Source of the DNA: Lama guanicoe
Lineage: Eukaryota
Direction: 5' to 3'
Assembly: GCA_013239625.1 (NCBI GenBank)
Contig: MU054220.1
Coordinates: 868,848 to 932,847 of the forward strand
Length of the DNA: 64,000 nucleotides
The position numbers were made by a program, and so were the translations under genes. This document shows, one piece after another, positions 41,207-54,180 of this stretch (position 1 is the stretch's first letter; every line of letters starts with the position of its first letter). A model generated the notes under the pieces. It was given only the letters and a program-made list of their open reading frames with translations, did not search any database and was not told the DNA's origin.

Positions 41207-42138
41207 TTATTTCATTCTTGATCTGCTTTTTTTTCTCCAGAGCTTCTTCATAGCACGAATCATCTCAGAATTTCTTAGACTGTAGATTAATGGGTTCAGC
41301 ATAGGGGTGATGACTGCATAAAACAAACTTAATGATTTGTCAATTGGGAAGGTCTTAACAGGTCTTGCATACATGAAAATACAGGGGACAAAGAAACAGA
41401 CAACCACAGTGATGTGGGAAACACAGGTCTGGAGGGCTTTCCATCTCCCTTCCTGACTCAGGTTCCTTAAGAGTGCAAGATGACTCCATAAGAGAAAAGT
41501 AAGAGCAGAAACACAATACTGCACATCAATCCTCCGTTGACCACCACTAAGATGCCAATGACATGAGTGTCAGTGCAGGCTAGTTCCAATAAGGGATATA
41601 TGTCACACGTAAAGTGATCAATGACATTGGGGCCACAGAATGGAAGTCCATAAGTAGTGCCAAGTTGAATTACTGAGTGCAGAAAACCTCCAACCCAGGA
41701 CGCCACCAGCAGCACAACACACGCCCTTTGCCTCATGATAACCAAGTAATGCAAGGGCTTAGAGATGGCCACATAGCAGTCATAGGCCATCACCAGCAGA
41801 AGGGAGATGTCTGATCCACCAAAAAAGTGTTCTATAAACAGATAAGTCATGCAAGATTCAAAGGATATTGTGTTTTCCCCAAAGAACAAGTCTGAAAGCA
41901 ATCTGGGGGAAATAGAAGAGGAATAAATTAGATCTATAAGTGATAAGCTGGCAAGAAAAAAGTACATTGGTGACTTCAGGGTCTTACTGACACTTATAGT
42001 CACGACAATGAGCAGGTTGCCCCCCCCCATGGTCAAAATGTAGAAGACCAAGAACATAACAAAAAGGACTTTCTGCTCCTTTGGATTCTGTGTGAGGCCC
42101 AGGAGGATGAAATAAGTTGCATTGTTCCTTGGTTCCAT
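41207..42138 (-). pseudogene. OR4A47-like olfactory receptor pseudogene (single frameshift)
   Basis: ORF 41467-42138 (MEPRNNATY...VILHS*) continues in ORF 41207-41524 ([14 protein letters not shown]...[12 protein letters not shown]). One 1-bp deletion near 41470 plus an in-frame extra Gly codon in a G run near 42020-42028 (930+3-1=932). Confidence 0.88.
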
Positions 42139-44101
42139 CTAGTCTGTACAGGTGCTGAGGTCACATTATTAGAAGCAATTTACCTACAAAACAGGTGGAA
42201 AACCTTTAAATGCATTGTAAAGTTAATCTCTTTTATCCATTCAATCAAAACAATGTGTATAGAATATCTATTCATGTCCAATGTGTCACAGACATTGTAA
42301 TTACCAAGTTCAATAAGGCATCGTTCCCTACCCTCATTGATATAATATATGCCGGGGTGATTTCATATACGATATGTGACAGACCCATATAATGAGTGCC
42401 ACTGTAAAGGTGTTCACACACAGCTGAGTCATGGAGTAGGAACGTATCAGTCAAACTAAAATCAGAGAAGGCTTCCCAGAAGAAGCAATGTTTTAGCTGA
42501 ATTTTAAGGGAAAAGTAAAAAACAAGATAGGAAGAGGAGTTCATGACCAGGTCCATAATTTATAAAGTCCAAAAGTGTAATATTGAAACCACTTAAACTA
42601 ATTTACATATACAGTGTGAGGAGCTCAAACTATGAACAGAAGTTCACTGTCCTAGATTGTCTCAGAACTCATGAGGCCTATTTCAAGCGGCCTTTAGTTG
42701 GATATTTCTCCTTTTCCTGAACAATAAATGTTGAAACAGTCAAATTTGAGTCTCCAGCCTTTACTTCTACACTTGTTTTCCAATTTTTGTACACAGTGTC
42801 TCCAATTTTGGACATGTGCTGTGGAATATCAATTTAGTAAATATAACACAAAATTTTAAATTGTCCACAACGCAAAAAGTGTTCCCCATTTCATGAAATG
42901 TTACCACCTTCAATGTAATTGCTCAGACAGAAAATCTCACAGTGATATTTGTTCCCTTGTTGCTCTCATATGACTTATTGATACCTTAAAAAATAATGCG
43001 ACTGTTTTTACTTGAAAAGTGTAGCACAAATCTGATCATTCCCTTTCCCCTGTTTCCTTCTTGGTTCACTGCAATAGCCTCCTGCCGAGTCGCTCCACTT
43101 TTATTCTGGACACCGACAATTTGTTCTCCTGAAGGAGCCCGAATGATTTTCTTTAAATCTTGTTCTGATTATATCACTCAAGTGCTCAAAAGTCCCATAG
43201 TCGATTGCAATCATTCACTCACATTTTAATGTATCACATTTATTATTCACATTAACAAGAACAGTAATTCCCATGTTCACTTGAAGAACTAAGGCTCAGA
43301 ACATCTCATTAATTTCCCTAAGGTCACACATTGTTAACAGATAAAACTAGAATTGGAATCTAAGTTTCATGTATTTCAAAAAGATTAAAATTTTTTTAGA
43401 TGATAAAGACAGTGATATAATGGTGAGCCTGGTGGCCAATATCTACTGGTAGTCTCACCTTGTGGAGGCTTGTTCACAGTCTGGAGGATGACTTAAGCAA
43501 CTCACAAAGGCTTGGAATTCCTCTTTCATTCAATGTGGCCACAGAGGGGAGATAATTAGAGAGCTGTATTATTAGGATATATTTTCCTTCATTCAGCTCT
43601 CCGTTCATTTCCTATATGGTCTCTTCTGGTTATTCAGAAACTATTTTTATTTGCAGTTTAGAAATTTTGAAGAAATTCCACAGTGCCCACCAAGAAACAA
43701 ATATTCACCATGTTGGGATAATTTATTAAACAAACAAGTAAATTCATGTTTACATAGGAAGATAGCAACTAGCCATTTCCCAGGGTATTTTATCCCAAGT
43801 AACTTCTTTCTCTACTAAATTCAAAACAGAAAAATACCATTCAGTTGTTTGTCCTCATTCAATCATGTCAGTGTGGCCAAATTAGTCACCTTGAGATTTT
43901 TTGACATTACAGGGTTGTTTTTATCTTATTTTATGCATTGCTTCAAGTCTAACCAAGGTCATCCTGAAAAATATATATCAGTTCTTAAAATGATATCACC
44001 TCTTTTTCCCAATAGGGTCACAAAACTTTGTATGTTTTATCCCTTGTAGCCACATTTATCATTGTCTTAGAACTGGAATGTGTCCAAGACTGATTCTTGC
44101 T

Positions 44102-44119
44102 TAATTAAATTCACTGGGA
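44102..44119. promoter_or_regulatory. Homeodomain plus O/E-like composite
   Basis: TAATTAAATTCACTGGGA, ~1.96 kb upstream of the ATG at 42138. Confidence 0.55.
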
Positions 44120-45377
44120 TTTTCCACTACGTTTTAAAATTACCTCTATGTGTAAAGATATTACTAAACCACATCATTTAATTAGGATCAAAAAGATGGA
44201 AAATGGAGAGAATAATCAGCTTGAGAATCATGTTGACATTGTTGCTAATAAAAACATAATATCAGCACAATCATTTTTACTCAATGAAGATTAATATTTC
44301 ATATATTTTCCCACTTGCCATAGCAAATTTTTCTTTCTTTTTACTTAGTACTTGGTCCATTCTGCCTTGATGTTTGCTCAAATATATAAAAATTCTGTCA
44401 CAAATATCAAATATAATTACTAATTATTTATACAATTATGAATTGTTTTTTATATAAACTTTAGGGTACCTATTTTAATATACCAACTGTGCTATGGGTG
44501 AGAATTAATAAGCAATGAATAACACAGGGAAATATAGCCATATAAAAGTTCCTATCTGCATGGATTTTATATTTTTATAATGCAGTCAGACGATAAAGAA
44601 AGAGACAATAAAATAGTTGTAGTCCAATGCCATTCTTATAGGACAGCAAATAAAGTGCTGTTACAGAGAAAAGAGGAAGAAACTTACTGTGGAAAATGGA
44701 ATCAGAAAATACCTTTCTTAAAAAGTGATGTTCAAGCTGAGCTCTAAAGGATAGGACATGACTACCAGTCAAAGCACTCTCACAGAGAGTAATATTAAAT
44801 AAAAATCAAGCAAAATTATCTCATTTCAGAGGTGACCTGGTCTACATGTAGAAAACAAAAATTTAATAGGAATTTTTATTACAGTACTATGTTGCAAAGG
44901 AGAGATGAGAGTCTTGTTTTGCTCCTGATTTTACTGTAAAGGCTTTCAAACTTTAATGTTGAATGTGACGTGTGGTGTGGCTCTGTCATGTATGACCCTA
45001 ATTGTGTTGAGGTACTTTCCTTCTAAGCTCAATTTAATGAGACTTTTTATCATGAATGGATGTTGAATTTTTATACTATCAAGCAACAACATGAAGAGAA
45101 AATTAAGAAAACAATTCCATTTGCAACAGCATCAATAAGAATAAAATACTTGAGTAAATGTAAGCAAGGAGATGAAAGTCTTATACACTGAAAGCTGCAA
45201 AATGTTGCTGAAAGACATTAGAGAAGATACATGTAAATGGAAAGACATTTATGAGCTAGATTATTAATACTGTTAAGATGTCAATGCTACCTAAATTGAT
45301 TTACACATTCAGTGCAACCTGTATCAAAATGCCCGAAACTTCCTTCACAGAACAAGAAAAATCCACCCTAAAATTCA

Positions 45378-46100
45378 TTTTTTTCTAGTCTGGTTGCTAT
45401 AGCTAGGACACCTTACACAATGCGGAATAGAAGTGGTGTGAGTGGGCATCCTTGTCTTGTTCCAGATTTTAGTGGGAAGGCTTTCAACTTTTCACCATTG
45501 AGTATTATGCTGGCTGTGAGTTTGTCATAAATACTTTTATTATGTTGAGACATGTTCCCTCTCTACCACTTTAGTAGGAGTTTTTATCATAAATAAGTAT
45601 TGAATTTATCAAATGTGTTTTTCTGCATCTTTTGAGATAATCATGTAATTTTTGTCCATTCATCTATTGATGTGGTGAATCACACTGATTGATTTGCAAA
45701 TATTGAGCCATCTTTGTGTCCCTGGGATGAATCTAACTTGATCATAGTGTACAGTCTTTTTTATGTGTTGTTGGATTCTGTTTGCTAATATTTTGGTGAG
45801 AATTTTTGCATCTACATTTATCAAAGATAGTGGCCTATAATTTTCCTTTTCGGTAGTGTCTTTGTCTGGTTTTAATATCAGGGTGATGATGGCTTCATAG
45901 ATTGACATTGGGAGTGTTCCATCCTTTTCAACTTTCTAGAAGAGTTTGGGAAGGTTCAGTATAATTAATTCTTCCTATGCTTGGTAGATTTCCTCAGTAA
46001 ATCCATCTGATTCTGGACTTTTGTTTGCAGGGAAGTTTTTTTATTGTTCATTCTATTTTACTTCTAGTAGTTGGTCTGTTCAGATTATCTATTTCCTCTT
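45378..46100 (-). mobile_element. L1 ORF2 RT fragment, antisense (duplicated copy)
   Basis: Peptide [48 protein letters not shown]; paralog of 38355-39060. Confidence 0.9.
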
Positions 46101-46304
46101 TTTTATTTTATTTTTTAATTGAAGTACCATCAGTTACAATGTGTCAATTTTTATGAATGTTCAAATAAAGACATATATCCCTGACCTTGAGGACTGTGCT
46201 ATAATTCAGAATGCCAGCAAAAGACACTAAATCTTTTCTGATCAACTCACTAAAAATGTTCATCAAATCTACATCAGAGAGTTCTCTGTTTAAATAAAAA
46301 TACC

Positions 46305-46655
46305 ATATGAGGTCATTCACATGTGGACTCTAAAGAAAAAGAACATAAATACAAAACAGAAACAGACTCATAGACATAGAATACAAACTTGTGGTTGCCA
46401 GAGGGGAGGGGGTGGGAAGGGACAGACTGGGAGTTCGAAATTTGTAGATACTGAGTATGAAGAATAGATTAAAAAGGTTATACTGTATAGCACAGGGAAA
46501 TATATACAAGATCTTGTGGTAGCTCACAGAGAAAAAAAATGTGACAATGAATATATGTATGTTCATGTATAACTAAAAAACTGTGCTCTACACTGGAATT
46601 TGACATAACATTGTAAAATGACTATAATTCAATTAAAAAATGTTTTAAAAAAATG
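46305..46655 (+). mobile_element. Young 5'-truncated L1 3' end
   Basis: acagaaacagactcatagacatagaatacaaacttgtggttgcc...tgtatagcacagggaaatatatacaagatctt. TSD aataaaa(a)tacc ends at 46304 and 46666. Absent from the paralog near 39255-39270. Confidence 0.9.
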
Positions 46656-48572
46656 AATAAAATACCTTAAAAAAACCCAATAGGCAAATTTTACTTACAT
46701 TCTATGGAAATGATTAAAAGTTTTTTGAGACATCAATCAGTTCTACACAATATATGCTTTAATTCAGAATGAGAAAATAAGATATAAAAATATGTCATTT
46801 TTCTCAAAACAAATACATAGTTATGACAGTCTACATATATTTTATGGGAAGTTTTAAAACTTTGAAAAATATGATAAAATGCAAATATTTAGGAATGCAA
46901 GAACTTTCTGAAGAAATAATTAGGGAAATAATTAGGAGAGTATCCTTAGTAGGTATAAATACATATTAAAAGTCCTTGACCACTGAAGTATGTTAGTGGT
47001 AATATTTTGAAATGGAGCCTTTGGGAAATGATCAGATAATGAGAGCAGAGCCCCAGTGAGTGAAATGAAATTGATTTTATAAAAAACCAATGTTGGTAAT
47101 GATGTAGAAACTTTGGACCACTTGTACACTCTTGGTTGGAATATAAATGGATGCAACCACTATGGAAAATAGTATAGGCATTGAAATAGGAAAATTCTTT
47201 CTAAGCAAGAAAATATCTGATGAAAATATTGATAGATTTAATCATGTAAATGCAAAATTATTTCTACATGGTCAAAAACATTCTGCGCAGTATAAATATA
47301 TCAAAAACAAATCACAAGCTGGAAAAACAATAACTCCACACATAAGATAACTGGGATAAATTCCTTAGTATTTAATTAAATCATAAAATTAGTATGGGAA
47401 ATTTCAGCAATCAAATAAAACACATGAAATTCATTAATACGTAAGTCTTGAAAAAAATTATATATCACTTTAAACACAATAGATGTACAAATTCTAATTA
47501 TATTTATTTACTTATAATTAAAGTATACAAGTGAAACACAATTTCTTTAATGAGATTGTCAAACACCACAAATGTTTATCAAGTGTTCATTTTTGAGAAT
47601 GTGGTCAAACATTTTTTTCCAAAATGAAGGGAATAGTGAGTTTACTACAAGCTCATGTATGGCATTTTGTGAATACCAACATTATGAATACATAAACCAA
47701 CTGACTCAAAAATTTCACCTCTAGGTTTAAAATTTTTCAAAAACACTGCATTGCACAATTATCTACCCTAGGAAAAGACAGGAAGAACCTGAAGAGGACT
47801 GGACATTTAAATTTGAGTATATCTTTATAAGGAAGTTAAATAGTATGAGTTAGATCTATATAGGCAGGTACACAAAGATCTTCAGGAGCCTCAGTAGTAA
47901 AATGCAACATTTATACACAGAGACATAAATATACTTGTATTTGCAAGATTACTACTTGAAAACTTTCAGGAACAGGGTAGTGACTGCAACTGGGAGAACT
48001 GTGAGACAACGCTATGGGATGTAGGGGAGTTCTGGTCTACACTATTTCATTTTGCATGGGTTCTGCTTCAAATATTTATCATTATCCATCATACTTTCAA
48101 GTTTATTTGAAAAATTAAAATATTATACTAAAATTTTCATATGTAAAGCAAAAGAATTGAATAGTCTATATAGCATGAAATACTTTAAATAGAACAATAA
48201 AACATGAAAAGGTAAGACTCTGATGTAAAGTAAAACTAAAGATGAAAAAGTTATAAAGTAAATGCACAAATAAATTTAAATTAGTATAAGTATAAAAATT
48301 CCATTAATTAATTAATTAATTACATATTATTTACAGATCTCCTATTGTAAATGCATCCCACCTTTCTAGGTATAGTGATAAAACAGACATTATACAGTAT
48401 ATATTCTAGCGGGAAATTGTCACTGATAGCATGAACATATAGTTCATGTTTTAATATAATTATTGCAATTCCTTTAGAGGAAGGGGAAAGTTGCATCAGA
48501 GTTATGAAGACTTTTACATTCAGGGGGATTGGCCCTAATCTTAAATGAGTTTCATCATGATTGATATAGAAC

Positions 48573-49502
48573 TTACTTAATACTTGATCTGCTTTTATTT
48601 ATCCAGAGCTTCTTCATAGCATTAGTCATCTCAGAATTTCTTAGACTGTAGATTAATGGGTTCAGCATGGGGGTTACAATTGTATAAAACACAGTCAATG
48701 ATTTGTCAAGGGAGAAGGTCTTAGCAGGTCTTACATATATGAAAATACAGGGGACAAAGAAGAAGACAACCACAGTGATGTGGGAAACACAGGTCTGGAG
48801 GGCTTTCCATCTCCCTTCCTGACTCAGATTCTTTAGAGAGTGCAAGATGACTCCATAAGAGATGAGTAAGAGCAGAAACACAATTGTGCAGATCAGTCCT
48901 CCATTGACCACCACTAAGATGTCAATGACATAGGTATCAGTGCAGACAAGTTCCAATAAGGGATACATGTCACATGTAAAGTGATCAATGACATTGGGAC
49001 CACAGAATGGGAGCCCATAAATAGTGTCAAGTTGAATTACTGAGTGCAGAAATCCTCCAACCCAGGACACCACCAGCAGCACAACACACACCCTTTGCCT
49101 CATGATAACCAAATAATGCAAGGGCCTACAGATGGCCACGTAACGATCATAGGCCATCACCAACAGAAGGAAGACCTCTGATCCACCAAAAATGTGCTCT
49201 ATAAACAGCTGAGCCATGCAAGATTCAAAGGATATGGTGTTTTCCCCAAAGAACAAGACTGAAAGCAATCTGGGAGTAACAGAAGAGGAATAAGCCATGT
49301 CCATAAGTGATAAGCTGGCAAGAAAAAAGTACATTGGTGAGTTCAGGGTCTTACTGATAGTTATAGTCACAACAATGAGCAGGTTGCCCCCCATGGTCAA
49401 AATGTAGAAAAACAAGAACATAACAAAAAGGACTTTCTGCTCCTTTGGATCCTGTGTGAGGCCCAGGAGGATGAAATAAGTTACATTGTTCCTAGGTTGC
49501 AT
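48573..49502 (-). CDS. OR4A47: Olfactory receptor OR4A47-like, intact 309 aa
   Basis: Full [41 protein letters not shown] and RPAKTF match what I recall of human OR4A47. One-to-one orthology is not established. Confidence 0.9.
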   Translation of the reverse strand: MQPRNNVTYFILLGLTQDPKEQKVLFVMFLFFYILTMGGNLLIVVTITISKTLNSPMYFFLASLSLMDMAYSSSVTPRLLSVLFFGENTISFESCMAQLFIEHIFGGSEVFLLLVMAYDRYVAICRPLHYLVIMRQRVCVVLLVVSWVGGFLHSVIQLDTIYGLPFCGPNVIDHFTCDMYPLLELVCTDTYVIDILVVVNGGLICTIVFLLLLISYGVILHSLKNLSQEGRWKALQTCVSHITVVVFFFVPCIFIYVRPAKTFSLDKSLTVFYTIVTPMLNPLIYSLRNSEMTNAMKKLWINKSRSSIK

Positions 49503-49937
49503 CTAGTCTGTACAGGAGCTGAGTTCACAAATTAGAAGCAGTTTACCTACAAACCAAGGGGAAAAATTATTAAATGTTCTTTAAATTTTGCCTTTTATTT
49601 ATCCATTCAATTAAAAGTATGCGTGAAGAGAATGTATTTGGGTCCAATGCATCACAGACATGATTACCAAGTTGAATAGCAGTAGGTCCCTACACTCAGT
49701 GGTATGACAAATAATGACAGATCAGAAAATTCCAGACCCATGTAATAAGTGTCATTATAAGGATATTCACACTCAGCTAAGAGTCACAGTGTAGGACTAT
49801 ATCAATCAAACTGGAATCAAAGAAGTCTTTCTAGAGGAAGTAATACTTCAGTTGAATTTTAAGGAAAAGTAAAAGAACAACATGTGATGGTAAAGTAATT
49901 CCATGAAAAAGTACACCATTTATAATCATAAAGTTAT

Positions 49938-50072
49938 GGGGTAGGGTATAGCTGAAGTGGTAGAGCACATGATTTAGCATGCATGAGGTCCTGGGTTTAA
50001 TTCCCAGTTGCTCCTTTAACAATAAATTTAAAAAAAAATAGACCTAATTACCACCCCCAATAACAACAAAAA
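49938..50072 (+). mobile_element. tRNA-derived SINE (camelid Vic-1-like)
   Basis: ggggtagggtatagctgaagtggtagagc (A box)...gaggtcctgggtttaattccc (B box), then an A-rich tail with cctaattacc. Absent from paralogous units 1 and 2. Confidence 0.85.
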
Positions 50073-51617
50073 TTAATCACAAAAATATAATATTGAGACT
50101 CACTTAAACTAATTTATATATTCAATGTGAGTAGATCAAAGTATCAATAGAAGGTCACTGTCCTGGATTCTCTCAGAACTCACTGAGACTTCTTTCTTGG
50201 GGTCTTTAGTTGGCTATTTCTCCCTTTCTTGAACAAAAAATGCTAAAGCAGTCAAATTTGTGTCTCTAGTCCCTCTCTCTACCCAAGTTTTAACATTTCT
50301 ATAAGATATACCTCTATTTTTGGACATTTAAAGTTGGATATCAACTTAGTAAATATAACACAAATTCTAAATTTTCCACAATTAAAAAGTTGTTTCACAT
50401 CTCATTAAATGACACCGCCTTCAATGTATTTGCTCAGACAAAAATCTTTTTGCTCTCATAGTATTCATTGATAGCTTTATCAAATCATGTGACCTCTACT
50501 TTCAAAATATATCATAAATTTGTTCATTCCTTACCACTTATTTCCTTCTTGGTCCACTGCAGTAGCCTCCTGTCATGCCTCTCCACTTTTATTCAGGCCT
50601 CCAACAGTTTGTTCTCCTGAATTAGCTCAAATTATACTCTTCAAATCTTGTTCTGATTATATCAATTGATTATATCAATCAACCGCTCAAAACTCTCATA
50701 GTGGATTTCAATCATGCCCTCACAATTTAATGCATCACAATTAGTATTTACATGAGAAGTACTGTAATCACCATTTTACAGTTGATATAATGAGGGTCAT
50801 ACTATCTCATTAATTTTTCCAAATGCACAAATTTTTAAGTGATAAAACTAGAATTAATACCTACATTTGATTTATTGCAAAATGATTTATGTCTTACATA
50901 ACAAAGAAAGTCACCCAATTGTGAATCCTGGTTCCCACTATTTACAGTTAGTCTTACTAGTGAAAGCTTGCTTATAGTCTGAAGGAAGACTTTTTAAATC
51001 ACTCATAAATCCTGTAATTCTTCTTTCATCCAATATGACAAAGGAGGGGTGAAAGGCGGCACTATTACTTGAGGATAAGTCTGATTTCATTCAGCTGTCT
51101 GTTCATTTCCTCCATGGATTCCTCTGGTTATTCATAAGAATGTTTTTATTTGCACTATAAATTCCACAGTGTTTAAAAGAAAATTCCACAGTGCACACAA
51201 AGGCAAAAGTTTACCACGTTAGAATAATTATTCAAATAGACAAGCAAATCCTATGTTTACATGTGAAGATAGCAAGTGCCATTTTCCAGAGAAAGTTGTC
51301 TTCAGTTACCTCTTTTCCTATTAGCTCCAAGATAGAAAAATACCATTCAGTTGTTTAACTCTTCTCCCTCTCTCATGTTGGTACAGCCAGACTACTTGAC
51401 TGGAGATTTTGGGAGACCTCCTTGTGTTGCTATTGTTGTTGCCTTTTAATGCATTGCTTTAAGCCTAACAAAGGACCTCCTAAAAATTTTATATCAGTTC
51501 TTAAAAGCATATAATCTATCTTCCCAATAGAGGCAAAGAACACTGAACATTTTCTCTCTCTTAGTCACATCCATCATTAAGTCTTAGATTGGAATGTGTC
51601 CAAGATTGATTCTTGCT

Positions 51618-51635
51618 TAATTAAATTCACTGGGA
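51618..51635. promoter_or_regulatory. Homeodomain plus O/E-like composite
   Basis: TAATTAAATTCACTGGGA, ~2.1 kb upstream of the ATG at 49502. Confidence 0.6.
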
Positions 51636-52849
51636 CTTTCTACTAAACTTTAAAATTACATCTGTTTTATAAAGATCCTACTATACCACATCACAGAATT
51701 AAGGTAAAAAAGATGTAACCTGGAAAAAAAAAAACAGCTTGATAATCATTTTCTGACTATTGCTACACAAGAATAAATATCAGTCCAACCATTTTGCTTC
51801 AGTGAATGTATATTTATCATGTATATTCCCACTTGCCACAGCAAGCTTTTCTTTCTTTTTTATTTAGTACTCAATTTATTCTGCCTTGACATTTGGTCAA
51901 ATATATAAAAATTTATCACCAATTCAAGTGCAATAACTAAATATTTATCCAATTACTAATTGTACTTTTTTTATATTTAGGGTACCTGTGTCAATACAAA
52001 AACTGTGCCATGAGTGAGGACAAAACAATAAATGAAATGGAAAAAGTCATATAAAAGTTTCTTTCCTCATGGATCTTATATTCTTGTAACAGAGCTAGGT
52101 AGCATATAACTGAATGGGTGCTGCCAAATTGGTAAATATAAGTTCTCTCTTCTGTTAGCTAGTTCTGAGTGAAATAGGAAGCAAGTTCATCCAATGTTTT
52201 CCAGTAAGTTTGAAGTTTGCAACTGATTTTTAGACCAGTCTCTCCCTCAAATTAAAAGATGTATTCCTTTATACATTGCACATGTATTCTTATATTGTGA
52301 TGTCTTTGTATCATGAATAGTATTGACTAATTCAGTAATTTAATTGAGTAAGTTCAATTCTGATATAGAGATCATATGAATTACAATCTAATATTAGCAA
52401 CAAGTTCGTATAAAAAAGAGGTAAGATCAAGATTTATTTTAAACATCAGAGTGTTAGAGAAAAATAAAGGCAGGCTTTGAGCTGCTAAGTAATATGTTTA
52501 ATGAGTAAAGCTACTTCATAGGTAGTAATTAGGGAGACCTATACTACAGATCAGAGAAAAAATTTGTGGAATATGACAGATAATAAATTCTGCATAAGTG
52601 GCCAGAACCGCTTTCATCTATGTAACAGAAGAGGTGAATTCTATATCTAATTTTGATACTGGAAAATTACCTAAATATTACAAATACTTAAGGTTAGGGA
52701 TCTCGTTATGATCCTCCCAGTTCTCAAATTCTATAATTAAAATTGAAAAAAAAAAGATTATCATAAGGTTCTTACAGAGATCAAAGTTATTACACTGTCA
52801 TGGGCTTTTTCATCTTTGACATGAACTGAGTGAAGAGTTGTAGTCAGGC

Positions 52850-53479
52850 TGAGACAGGAAAGGGGCAGGGCAAGCCATTCAAGGAATGATATAGCAATTA
52901 ATAGCAAAATGTTGAAAGATTCAACCATCAACGGGCCTTGAGGCTCAAAATGATGGGAGATTTAACTTCTAGTAAACCTTGAGCTTCATTAGACGCCCAC
53001 TGTAGTATATTAACATGGTGAATTAAGTGCCCACAGGCCCAGGGCAGTCCCAAGGCTAGCCACAAAAGGCCAAAGTGGGAAATGGCCAACTTCCTGAGAG
53101 TCCCAGCCCCTTCCCAAGTCTAGCTAGACTGGTCCTTCCACTTATTAGCATATGAAACTACCAAAGCCCATAAAAGCTGGCAACACCATGCCTTGCAGCA
53201 CCTGCCTCTCCCTCTCCTCCCTTCCAAGATGGCCAACATTCTGTCTATGGAGTATGTACCTACTTTTAATCTGAGTGCCCAACCCCCACACCTTGTGGCC
53301 TTTCTCTTGCCTTTCAATGTATCTCTCTGAATAAATCTACCTTTACTCAACTGTGGCTTGCTCTTGAATTTCTTCCTGCACGAAGCCAAGGACCAACACT
53401 TGGCGGGGCATGTCCCAGGGACTCAGCTGAAGCCTGGGACACAGTACTTCTCACACCTCACATCTGTTTTCTTGTATCA
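52850..53479 (+). mobile_element. ERV1-class solo LTR
   Basis: TGAGACAGG...TGTATCA, TATA-like cataaaag ~53170, AATAAA ~53330, U5-like ttgaatttcttcctgcacgaagccaag. No TSD found, so the ends are approximate. Confidence 0.75.
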
Positions 53480-53749
53480 TATTCAGGAATTCAATTTTAA
53501 GATATTGCAGCAGACAGTAAACATTATATTCTGCTACTGACATAGCAACAGTTTTTTTTTAAAAGCTTTGTGCAAATATATTTGATAGCAATTTTGTCAT
53601 CTGTAAGCTCATGAAGGATTAGATTCTTCATTTTTATTCTAAGAGTTACTCTGATGCCCAAGTACTTCTTGAACCTGAGTGTTAAAAAAATAATTGATTC
53701 CTTGATCAGCGCCCAGCGCACCTTTCACATCTCAAGTTGAACCACACTC

Positions 53750-54180
53750 TCTCTTGTCCACTGTCACTGGCCTCCCTGAACTTCTACCCGAGGGTCTCTG
53801 CACAACTTTTTCTCTATTGCCTTGAATGCTTTTCCAACTGATGTGCTTAAGGATGGTTCTATCTCACCTTTCAGGTCTCAGTTTAGAAATAACCTCTCAG
53901 AAAAGCCCCCTTTGTCCACCTAACTAGAGTTATCCAGTCACCCATGACCACTCCATTACACTTTTCAGAGAATCAGTTATCCTATGGCCTTGTTTTCATT
54001 TTTACATATTCTTTGACCTTATTGTCATTTTATATGTTGTCTCCTGCACTAGAAAGTCAACTCCAGGGCAAAATGAAAATTTATTGCCTTATTCATCACT
54101 AGTATACCCCAATCCTATAAGATTATTTGATACTTTTCATACAAACTCAGCAGATATTCTTCAAAAAAATGAATGAATAC
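53750..54180 (+). mobile_element. L2 3' end remnant
   Basis: tgccttgaatgctttt...caggtctcagtttagaaataacctctcagaaaagcc...cactagaaagtcaactcc...tgaatgaat tail. Confidence 0.7.

Larger units (their letters stand above)
32997..52090. repeat. Tandem array of three OR4A47-like units (~7.3 kb period; units start ~32997, ~40252, ~47659)
   Basis: The anchor atggcatttt...caacatt...aatacataa recurs at those positions, and gene and flanks are colinear. Confidence 0.92.

Noticed and set aside
49938..50015. tRNA-like sequence as a tRNA gene
   Set aside because: Degenerate arms, an A-rich tail and absence from paralogous units indicate a SINE.
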